Below are positions 52,835 to 64,000 of a stretch of DNA of 64,000 nt, in pieces. The notes under the pieces are model-generated. The model had not been told where the DNA came from and made no database searches. It was given only the letters and a program-made list of their open reading frames with translations. A program made the position numbers and the translations under genes. How positions within the stretch are numbered: the stretch's first letter is position 1; the number at the start of each line of letters is the position of its first letter. Source of the DNA: Octopus vulgaris (lineage: Eukaryota); assembly GCA_951406725.2 (NCBI GenBank), contig OX597824.1:45880001-45944000 (forward strand). Reading direction: 5' to 3'.

Positions 52835-53327
52835 CCCTTTTGATACCAACCCACCTAAGATTACTCTTGGTTCTATGATACAAACTTCCTCTTTTAAGGT
52901 GATCTCAACTTAAAACCTTCCTTCAAAATTTTGTCTTAATTTTGGTTCCAAACAGTAGCTATATTTTAGTATTTGATCTCACTATATCTGGTCAGTTTTA
53001 ACAAAAAACCCGAGAATATTTCTACATGATTTATGTTCAGACTGCTCTATTCTATGTGTTTTATGTTAAAACCAACCAGATCCAACCTCTCTCACCTACC
53101 CTACAATGTCATTCTAAAAATATACTAACACAATTGAAATCTTGAAGCTGCAAGATAATGCATGGTTAATTCAAAACAACGTGAATAAATAAACAATACA
53201 TTTGATTAAGAAATATGAATGCTAAAGGGTTAATAATGAAAAAGTTATTTTACTAAATTCTTCATCGTTTTCAAAAGTGACTGAAGCAAAGGCAGCTCAT
53301 TTCAAAAGAAATATGGTAACAAAATGG
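52835..53327. mobile_element. piggyBac-type MITE with a nested inverted TTAA-type MITE ending near 53232
   Basis: ttaa|cccttttgatacca ... tggtaacaaaatgg|ttaa; its 3' part resembles the 13-14 kb element. The nested piece is reverse-complement similar to the MITE family at about 15280-16370 and 45580-45763. Confidence 0.72.
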
Positions 53328-54169
53328 TTAAACTTTTGAACTTCCACTTGTAAATATCCCTCTACTTTATTTCAAATTCTGTTGAGAAAACATGATATAT
53401 GATTATAGCCAACCTCTTACACATGAAAAACTATCCGAGAATTTTGTTAGCATTCTGTTTATAAATTACACAACCCTAGAAAGTGTGAAAAATGGCTAAT
53501 ATTTCCTTCTAATTTTGCTTTTCTTATAATATTTATTCAAACTCCAAAGAATCTCTCTCTGAACACATGGCTATGATACTCCTCAACTACTCCTGTTCAT
53601 GATTAGAGATGTACACATTGGTATCCACTAAGGGACATGTTCAAGTGGTTAAGGACAAACAACTGACAAGCAAATCTGTGATATTGAGCAGAATATTTGC
53701 TATAATGATATTTCTGCTCCAGTAACTCAATACTGAAATGTAATGGAAAATAGGTGAGTTTCAAAACATTGATGTTCAGGTGACAAAAGCAAAGTTTGAA
53801 AGGAATAGTAGTCATTTCCTTTGATTTCTAGATAGAAGCAAATAGGAAATAATACTGACCAAAGTAAAAAAAAAATTGTTTCAGTGTTATCTGTGTGCTT
53901 TGTGCTTTCTAAGACACATAATAAACAATGCCTTTTTTAAAAATTGGAAAGACTTAGCAACTTTAAGGCCATTCTATTGTAAAACAATGCTTCAATAATG
54001 TACACTAGCATGGAAAAACACAGAGCCGTAGGTATAATGAAAAACAGATGTAAAGCCATATATGTGTGTGTATACATATCATGTACATATTTAGAAATGT
54101 ACAATTGTATATGTATATATACACACATGTACATCTCTGCATATGTATGTGCATGTGATATACAAGTAT

Positions 54170-54810
54170 CTTGGACAGGATAAGAATGTCAGCTATAACG
54201 AGAGTGTAAGGAATGAATATCTCAAGAGAGTTAAAAGAATATGATCGTCTGAACTCTCATCTTACAATAAGCATATTACCTACATCACCTTTGTAATATC
54301 ACCCCCATTTGGTCCTCTAAACTAGTCACTGTGAAGGCCCAGTGAGATAAACATGAATTTGCAAGCTGCTCAGTCTCACTGGAAAGTTCAACATCAGTAG
54401 TAATGTAGACAGGCTATACTTCCCCAACAAGGGTGGTGGCTGTTGGTCTTTAATCTGTAGTGATAGCGTATGAACCAGATATTGTGATACTGAAGCAATA
54501 TCGGTGGTAGAGAAGGTAGTACTTGGCATGAAATACCCAAACCATAAAGGGAATTAAATTACATCAAAAGCTTGACATGGAATATCAATTTTATGACATC
54601 CCGTTTTGAAGGCTGTCTCTATGCATTTCAAGAGCAAGAGATCCCTACAAAGTATTTAGTACATGAAAGGCAGAAAACATTGATAGACAACAAATGTAGG
54701 CTGTGCAAAATGAAATCTGAAGATATCAACCACCCTGTTGCTGACTTACAGAATGTCTCATAGATATTATCTTCTCAAGAGGCATTATGTGGTCACCAGA
54801 ATAGAATGAG
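54170..54810 (+). pseudogene. Degenerate RLE-type (R4/Dong-like) non-LTR retrotransposon fragment
   Basis: Pieces read EYLKRVKRI*SSELSSYNK, NVDRLYFPNKGGG and FEGCLYAFQEQEIPTKYL...DNKCRLCK...EDINH (zinc-knuckle-like). Confidence 0.68.
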
Positions 54811-54929
54811 AAGAAACAAAAATCACCACTTCTGAAGTGTACTTGAATTATTTAATTTCAAAATTTCCTGATAAAATTTGATGAAAGTTTTCCCAGAACT
54901 AGTTTTAAATAAGGAAATGTGTTTATTAC

Positions 54930-54968
<39 letters not shown>

Positions 54969-55702
54969 CACGTGTGTGTGTGTGTTTTTTACATTTGCAG
55001 ATACTCATGTTTGGAACAGCTGAAGAGCAAATTGTCTCAATTTAGAGTTACTTCCCTTCCCAGTTAAGACACTATTTGGTAACCTTTTGTTGAGTCACTG
55101 GAATTTTCAGATTGTACGTATCCTATTATTAAAGGACTAGCTATTTCTAACATGACTAGGGTTATTTCAAGAAATAATCCTTTAGAGATTAATTTTTATA
55201 TTCACTATTTCCTGGATCTGGTACAGGAAGGAAAATATTTTTACCTTTGATCTGTTGCCTTTTCTTTTAGTAATCGTTACTATGTTCCACAAATGGACAT
55301 TAAAACGATGTTGATTACAAATTTTTGTCAGCAATTTTAGTATTGGGTCTATTTATTGTAATTGTAATAATGAATTATAAGATTGTTTTAAGTAACATTT
55401 TCAATGGCTTGTTGAGGTATTCACAGTATCATCTTAGGGCAAGGGCACACAGAGCAGTTAACCAGTGGCCTCACAAGTGTAGGGGACCAATCTACGTATG
55501 TTGTGGCTTATCCTTTACTTATTTCAGTCATTAGGCTGTGGCCTTGCTGGAGCACTACCTTGTAGAGTTTTTAGCTAAACAAATCAATTTCAGTATTTTT
55601 TTAAAGCTTGGTCTCTGCCTAACCACTAAGTTATGGGAATGTAAGCAAACACTGCTTGTCAAGCAGTGGTGGTGGACAAACACAAACTGAAAGACACACA
55701 CA

Positions 55703-56034
55703 CAGGGTGGTCCGAAAGTCTTGTCACCACCTGTAAATATTGTTTCAATTTTTTATTATCAAGGAGAGGGCTTCACAAGAGCGATACCAGAATATCCAAC
55801 AGTTGAAGGACGCTGTTTCGGCAGCCTTTGCACCAATCAACAAAGCACAGCTTCATAGAATATCACACAGGACATGGTGCCACATTGTTTTGTGCCACAA
55901 AAATGATGGTGTTCATACAAACCTTCTCGATGTATGACAGTGTCAGTGTCAAAACCAGTACATGTGTTTGATATTATATTAGTCCTCTATTGTTCTTATT
56001 ACTTTTCGGTCGGGAGTGACAAGACTTTCAGACC

Positions 56035-56040
<6 letters not shown>
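55703..56040 (+). mobile_element. Tc1/mariner deletion derivative (MITE)
   Basis: TIRs cagggtggtccgaaagtcttgtcac / gtgacaagactttcagaccaccct; retains a transposase C-terminal remnant (IKER...LKDAV...LCHKNDGVHT). Confidence 0.82.
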
Positions 56041-56083
<43 letters not shown>

Positions 56084-56830
56084 TCATCATCATTTTATCT
56101 GTCTTTATGTTCTGAATTCAAATTCTGCTGAGGTCAACTTTGCCTTTCATCCTTTTGAGGCTGATAAATACCACTTGAATACTGGGGCTGATGTAACTGA
56201 CTTAGCCCCTTCCCTGAGGCCTTGTGCCAAAACTCGAAACCAATATTAATAGATACTGAGTAGAACAGAACAAACTATCAGTGGTCAAGGTCAACCAGTT
56301 CAGTTAGTGAATTACTACTATCATGTGTAGTCATGGTATGTGCAGCTAAGATATTTTAGCTTGTGAAAGACCAAAGTCCAAGCCAAATGTTCATGCTTTA
56401 TTACTTGATAGGGACGTCTGGCATGGAAGAGATGCATTGGTCTGAGTGAGTCAGTCATCTGATCTGGGTGGATGGATTTCCATGCTTGGATCAGTCCGAT
56501 GGAATTTCCTTGCAGCAGATTTTCTACAGTCAAATGCCCTTCCTGTCACCAGTCCTACACTTGTTCTAAAGCATGATATTGTTTTCCCATGACTGGACTT
56601 GTTTTCATAGAAAACTGGAAACAAATGGCACCACTTGCATTGTATGACAGTAACACTCACTAGTATTAAGTGACGTCTAGACAAGTAGGCACACACAGAC
56701 ACACATATGTGTATATATATATATAATATATATATATATATAATTCTTTTGTCTTTTAAAATTTCTCTGTCATTTGAACTCTTTGCAAATTAGACCTACT
56801 TATATAAATATATATATTTATACATATAAA

Positions 56831-58945
56831 TTCAACGGGCAGCATGTGCAGCATCAGTGCCATGCAAGCATAAAAAAACACCCAATAGTGCAATTTGGAA
56901 GACTGCAGCAGTCCGACTTGCCAGAAAAGAATGCTGTAATGCTGAACAGGAATACAAATTGCACAAATCAGAAGGCAACAGGAAAAAGCGCAATAGATCA
57001 GCCAACCACCTCAAGCAGGTGACAAAAAAGGCAGTGCTTGAATTTGAACAACGCATTGCAACTAACCCTGACAGCAAAGTGTTCTGGAAGTATGTGCACT
57101 CAAAGCAAAGACCCCACTCTCCAGTTGGTCCCCTTCGCAATCCCCACACAGGACAGATTACTGGCAATCCCGAAGAATGTGCAGAAATCATTGCTGGATG
57201 CTATGCCGGCATCTTTACTGTCGAAGACCAAAATGTTCCATCTTCACCACCACTGACATCGGACTTTATATCTACTAGGCAATTTACACCAGCAATGCTA
57301 CAACGCCACCTTAAGAATAAACGCAACTATGCCTCTCCTGGTCTCGATGGTGTTACATACCTACTTCTCAAACGTGGTGGGTACTTTCTTCTAAGCCAAC
57401 TTTCTCTATTCTTCCAATTCTGTCTTGACAATGGTGTTACTCCAGAACAGTGGAAAACTGCCAGTGTTATCCCTCTGTTCAAAAAAGGCGACCGCACATC
57501 GCCTGTCAACTATCGCCCCGTTAGTCTTACTAGCTGTATCGCCAAACTGATGGAATCCTGTATCAGAGAAACCCTCTGGAACTTCTGGAAGTCTCACAGC
57601 CTCATCCAGCTGTCACAATTTGGATTTATTCCTAACTCCAGCTGCTATAATCAACTCATCGAGTTTCTTGAGGACGTTACCCAAATCACTGATCGCGGAT
57701 CCTGGGTGGATGTTGTTTACCTGGACTTTGCTAAGGCTTTTAACTCTGTGCCACACAAAAGACTTATGGTGAAGCTCTCTGCATTGGGTGTAAGAGACGA
57801 ACTCTATAACTGGTTGAAGTCCTTTATTTTCGGCCGAAAAGAGGTTGTCACAGTTCAAGGACAGCACCCTTCACCCTATGAGATGACATCTGGTGTACCA
57901 CAGGGATCTGTTCTTGGCCCCCTTTTATTTGTTGCATATGTTAATGACATAGATGCTAACTTAAAGAATGCCATAGTGCTGAAATATGTACATCAAGCTG
58001 TACCTCGAAATAAAGAGGTCAGACTCTGTACACTATAGATCTCTATTGCAAGCAGACCTGGACACAATGCAGCAGTGGATCATGGACTGGCAACTCAAGC
58101 TGGCTGTGGACAAATGTACCACTATGCATTTTGGGAGGAGAAACCCCGCGTCCACCTACTCCCTCCACAACACTAGTCTCAAAAAGTCTTCAATTGAACG
58201 TGACCTGGGTGTTATTGTCGACAGTGATTTGCGTTGGACAAAACACATCGCTAAAATTGTCAAGAAGGCTGAGGGTGTCTTAACATCACTCACCAAATCC
58301 TTTGTGAGCCGCTCTCCGACTATCTATCTGTGGCTTTATATAGCTATGGTAAGACCTCACCTGGAATTTGCATCACCGGTCTGGAACCCCTATCTTGCCC
58401 AGGATATCAATCGTCTGGAAGCCGTTCAGCGACGTGCAACCAAAAGAATACCCTCCATCAGGCATTTGCCATATTCTGAACGCCTTACTTCCCTAGGCAT
58501 GGACACATTGAAACTCCGACATGTGGCAGCTGACTTGGCAGACACCCATAAAATTATCAACCATCGTACAAACAATAACTCTGAGCACCTTTTCAAACTC
58601 CACCCATCTAACACCCGTGGACATATTTACAAAGTCAGAAAACAGCACAGCTCCCATGACTTTAGGAAACATTTTTTCACGCTGAGAGTTGCTGAAGCAT
58701 GGAACAAACTGCTGGCATCAGATGTTAGTTGTCGGAGCACTGCATCCTTCAAAACTTCCATGCTTCCTGAGATTCGCCAACACTACACCTGATTTTCTCC
58801 CCTCCATACACACACAAGCATTATCTGACTCATGCATTGTTCACTTTCCAGACATTTGTACATTGCTGCATATGCTTTATATGCACTGTCTGACAAGTTG
58901 TGGTGCACCTAAGCACTGTATACAATAATTTCATTATATTATATT
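56831..58945 (+). mobile_element. 5'-truncated CR1/L2-group LINE, reverse transcriptase region with one frameshift
   Basis: ORFs 56857-58038 and 57986-58792 contain NYRPVSLTS, YLDFAKAFNSVPH, SGVPQGSVLGPLLF, ERDLGV, VRPHLEFAS.VWNP and LEAVQRRATK; short 3' UTR and ATT-type tail. Confidence 0.93.
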
Positions 58946-59040
58946 ATATCATTAACATTCATCTCAAAATTTCCACCTTTTCCTTTCTCTCATTTTGCAT
59001 GTATACATATGTACATATTTTGTATTTGATGTACTTGGTA

Positions 59041-60511
59041 TCTATAATACATTAAAAATTAACTTCATTCTTGTTTGCTTGCAGTGTTATACAGCCAAAC
59101 TGGTGCATAATGAGAAAATGCCATGAATACTACAAATGGAATAAAACAAGTTTCTCGTAAATCAGACAAGTGGTTCTTGAGATATTAGGGGTTTTGGGAT
59201 ATAAATACTCAAAACAATGCATAATGGGAAAATACTATGATAATAACTTAACCCTGAAAAGGAAGAAACTCTAACTTTCAATTAGGCACATTAGGGACTA
59301 AGTTGCCAATGAAAAAATATGAGCTACTTTTCACAGTAAATGTTTCTATCTTCACTTTGTTAAACACAATATTTTAATCATTTGTAAAATATTTTTAACT
59401 GAATGTGATTTCCAAAATGTAAGTTGTTTGTACAGTAAGTATTTATATTTTAGCTTTCTTTAAAAAACAATATTTTAATGTTTTTTAAAATTATTTTCAA
59501 GTGAATACGATTGCAAAATTTTTTTTCGGTATATTTAAGAAATATTTTAAAGTGAAAATAACTTTTAAAATATGGTAGATATTTCGTAAAAGACCCATTT
59601 GTAACTTTGGTCTGAAATGATGTTTTTCTATAGGTTTTTTTTTCTGAATGCATTCAATGTGTCTCACCTCCAAAGATTAGGCTGCTATTTCTAACACACC
59701 CTGCTACTACATAATAGCTATTTGCAATAAAGGACTCGAAATAGCTGTTATGTGGTAGCAGGGTGTGCAAGAAATAGCAGCCAAATCTTTCCTTTGCTGG
59801 GGAAAAGAATCGTTTATATGTGATTTCAATGTCACATTCATTGAAAGCATGCAAAATAACCTGGAAAAGAAAAAAATTCATGGAACAACACTCCATTGAT
59901 GGGAAACTCTGAGGTCCCCACAACCCTTCCCCACTTTCTTTTCTGGAAGAATGTGGCTTGCGGTGGGTTTGGAGGTGAGATACATTGAATGCACTCAAAA
60001 AAGACTTGTGAAAAAAATTATTTCACACCAAAGTAAGAACGGGTCCTTTACAAAACATTTACCCAAGATCGGGACAGGCATGGGAATCGAAGGATTGATG
60101 AGACTGATAAAGCAAGGGATGAGCATCTGGTAGAACAGAGGGAAAGAGACAGAAGCAGGAGAGATCCGGAATCAGACACTCTGAGAGCTGAGCATCTAGT
60201 GAAACAGAGGGAAAGAGATAAAAGTAGGAGATGTAATGAATCAGATGCTCATGTGAATATAAATAGAACAAAACAAATTTTGCATAAATTGGACCACAGG
60301 TTACTGAGATACACAGTTTTTTGGGGTACCCTTATAAATAGCTAAACTGGCGTATATTGTAGGAAATGCTTTGAAAGTAAGGTACCATTGAAATGTGAAT
60401 AAACACAGAATAATAGAAGTTTTTACATAAATCGGACCACAGATTCCCAAGCTGCACAGTTTTTCAGGTACCTTGAACTATTGGTGATCCATGGGTCACA
60501 GGTAGGTCTAG
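59041..60511 (+). mobile_element. Non-autonomous Helitron, same family as the 24.9-kb copy
   Basis: A^TCTATAATAC start; 3' hairpin gtgatccatgggtcac then ggtCTAG^T; no TSD; internal repeats shared with 24931-25891. Confidence 0.85.
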
Positions 60512-60556
60512 TATTTAATATATTTGAGGTGTCTAATTTACTTATCTCTATAACTG

Positions 60557-60612
<56 letters not shown>

Positions 60613-63600
60613 GGGTTTCTTTCAGTTTTTGTCTATCAAATTCACTCGGAAGGTTTGGGTCAGTCTGTAGCTATAGCAGCAGACACTTTACTTACCCAAG
60701 GTGCCATGCATTAGGACTGAACCCGAAATCATGTGGTTGGATGCAAACTTCTTAACCACACAGCCATGCTATTCCTATTTTTATTTCTATTGATATAAAA
60801 CATTGATTTATTTGAGGCCACTACAAAAATGAAACTATTTCTCTATTTTTCGATACTGAAGTTTGTTATTCTGTAACCAAAGACAGATAAAGAAAGAAAA
60901 TTTGTTTTTGATGCCAATAAAATTGGCAGGTTAGATTTGACCCACAGGTCATAGTTTGCTGGCCTCTGGTTTATATTACCAAATACTTTCTACAAGAACT
61001 CATTTGAGTCATGAAAGTTTTCTTTATTTATGTGTATATAAGTGCATGCTCATTTAAGTTTGTGGAAAATGTTAAAATGTGTAAGCTTTCTTTCAAGTTC
61101 AGAATGTATTTCTATGAGGAAACCTTGTTTCTTTTTATGAATTTTTTTTTTTTGCACAAATCTAAAGAATAAAAATAGAAGACTAAGCAGACAGAAAGAC
61201 AAACATACTCACAATGTTCTCAATCTTTTATCTTTAATCCTTTATCTTTTATCTTTTAGTTGTTTCAGTCATTGAATTGTGGTCATGCTGGGGCAGTATT
61301 TTGAAGAATTTTTAGTTGAATGAATTAACCCTAGTATTTATTTTTTATGTTTTTTTAAAGCCTGGTACTTATTCTATTGATGTCCTTGCTGAAGCACCAA
61401 GTCACAGGGGAGTTAACACATCAATACTGGTTACCAAGCAGGAGGTAGGGGACAAACACAGATACAAAAACACACACACAAATTTATATATAAGGGCATT
61501 CAGCTGTAGAAACACTGCCAGATCAGACTGGCCCTGGCGCAGCCTTCTGGCTTCCCAGACCCCAGTTGAACCGTCCAACCCATGCTAGCATGGAAAACGG
61601 ACGTTAAACGATGATGATGATGATATATATATGATGGTCTTCTTTCAGTTTCTATTTACTAAATCTACTCATAAGGCTTTGGTTGGCCCGTGGCTATAGT
61701 AGAAGACACTCGCCCAAGTTCCGATGCAGTGGGACTGAACCCAGAACTATGTAGCTGGGACACAAGCTTCTTACCTCATAACCACGCCTGCACCATTACA
61801 CATTAAATGTTCATTAAAAGATGTGCCAAAATTTTGTTGAATGTCTGGTCCCATCATCTGTTTCAGATCCTGGTTACTAAAAAAACAAAAATATCATATT
61901 CAGACTAATAGACATAGGTGCTGCTTGGTCGTTGAGACACTTGCTTCCCAATCATATAGTTTTGGGTTCAGTTCCAGTGCACAACATCTGGGCAAGGTTC
62001 TTCTTAGTAAAGTCCTGGATTGACTAAAGTCCTGTGAATGGGTTTGGTAAATAGAAACTGAAAGAAACCTAGTATATCTGTGTATACACACTCACATACA
62101 CACACACGTGTGTGTGTGTACCCTTGTTTTGGCATCATGTGATGAGCATCACCATCATGCAAATAATTTTATTTGTTTCCTGTCTTCTGTGGTGAAATAG
62201 TGGTTTCAAATTTTGGCACAAAGCTAGCAATATTGAGGGAGGGTTAAGTCTATTACATTGACCTTAGTGCTCAAATAGCACCTATTTTATAAACCCCAAA
62301 ATGATGAAAGGCAAAATCGACCTTGGTGGAATTTGAACTCAGAATGTAAAGATGCATGAAATGCCACTAAGCAGTTTGCCTGGTATGCTAATAATTGTGT
62401 CAGGTTACTGCCTTCTTACCATGATTTTTATGTCTCAATAGGATAATTTGCTACTTAAGTTTTAATTTTTGAACTAATAACCTCCTCTATTAAGAAAAGG
62501 TATTGTTTGATATTTACATCTACACATCATTTCGATGGGTTTGATCTCTAATCCTTATTAGGTGTCCTAATCTAGATGGGATTTAAATGGGAGAATTGTA
62601 CTTCTAAACTAGGATTTATAACACTCTTAACTCTTAAGCTACTGATGGATGTTCAAGTACATAATATTTTAATTAGACTCAGTTTAGAAATTAAGTTTCC
62701 TAATTCAAATCTAGTTTGAAGCTTTGAACTAACTTAATGACAATCAAAGGTTAACCAATTGAAATATTGTTTAGCTGTAAATATTTAACACATTTTGTTT
62801 CTAAAAATAGAGATTAATAGTCTAAAAATATTTTTAAATGCATTGTAGTTCTATTGAATGTTGGAGACAAATTGTAAACAAAAGCATTGTTGTGAAAGAA
62901 ATATACTTTAAAGTTCAGTGGTTGGTCTATTTTATTGCTGATTGATGGTAGTGTGGAGACTAACTAAATCTCAACTGTTTCCAGAAGCAAATGCCTAGCC
63001 CCAAGTACATTTACAGCCTCTCCACTCATGTAGATGCTATGAAGTAATGATAATATATATCAATATATCTGCAGCATCCTTGGAACCTGAGGGAATGCCA
63101 GATATTGGTTAAGTATGACCATACAAATCTACCTTTGGGTCAGTCTTCCTTGAATGTTCTTTAGGGGTTTACTCCCTTAGCCTTTCCTTAAACGCTCTAT
63201 AAATTGCCTCACAAAGCAGCAGAGATTTATTATTATAGTGAGTGTGGTTTGTGCAGAGCCAGTCCTACTCTCTCGTTTTTCAAACATCTGCTATTTCAAA
63301 CATATGCCACGAACCCAGAAGTTATCAGAATGCAGGATTTGTATGGAAATACTTTCTTTTAGATAAGCAGCTCAAGAGGTGAAGGGCATCATCTTCCCGA
63401 GGTGTGTTGTTGTTTTGGAGACAATTCTATAACATGCTAATTAACTCAAAGCTGGGGCCCTGATAAGTGCTATTACTCAGGAAACAAAAGTGGTTAACAG
63501 GTGGTTCCACACAATGCAAAACCCTGGAGCTCTTGAACCAGGGTGCCACCACTAGATGTTGTTTAAAGCCATACCCAGGACATATTAAAGTTGAGTACCC

Positions 63601-64000
63601 TTAAATATTTCCAAGGTAAATGATTTTTGTATGTCTAAGAATTAACTGGAAAAACAACAAAACATTTTCTTGAGTGGTTTGAAGATTACTTCATGTGTGA
63701 AACTAGAGAACACTGCAACTCTGCTGGCCTTGATCCAAAGTATAAAATATTTTTGATATTAGATAATCAAGGATAAATTTCAAGAACACAAGAACCTTTT
63801 GAGTCATATCTGCACTGAGAAAAATGATGAATCTTTAGATTTTACAAATTCATAAATATACGACTTAAAATTACTGCTTTTGTATTATATTAAATAACTG
63901 TTTTTTCATATGGTTATGTAGCAACCTCATTAGCAACTTCAAGTTTGAATGCATTTCACAATGAATGTGAAATTTCTGCTGGGCAAAGGGTTCTTCATGC

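Noticed and set aside
62505-62570. Additional hammerhead-like motif on the minus strand
   Set aside because: Core reads CTAATAA rather than CTGATGA and the stems are poor; too decayed to call.
63000-63600. Possible old non-LTR retrotransposon fragment
   Set aside because: Higher GC and vaguely coding-like, but no motif I could identify with confidence.

Overview
AT-rich, repeat-dense eukaryotic genomic DNA. It is most likely a coleoid cephalopod such as Octopus, inferred from the SINE families and the (TA)n/(ATT)n/(GAT)n microsatellite load; this was not checked by search. The window holds one complete spliced gene on the + strand, golgin-84 (GOLGA5). I assembled 14 coding exons by hand from 18341 to 46247; all introns are GT-AG with consistent phases, and the CDS is 2175 nt, giving 724 aa. 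A probable non-coding first exon and CpG-rich promoter lie at about 5.8-6.5 kb. The rest is transposon-derived: several tRNA-derived SINE families, mariner (DD34D) and maT (DD37D) relics, piggyBac, hAT and Merlin-like MITEs, non-autonomous Helitrons, a near-intact 5'-truncated CR1/L2-type LINE and older LINE fragments. The most notable non-coding signals are: (i) several distinct minimal type I hammerhead ribozyme motifs in Penelope-like non-coding repeats, four with intact cores and two of those sense to the gene; (ii) a triple-nested foldback complex at 22.2-24.4 kb; (iii) a rearranged copy of intron DNA 24 kb away, joined at microhomologies; (iv) a Helitron carrying 23-aa STPR-like repeats. 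Most short ORFs in the supplied track are microsatellite or SINE artefacts.
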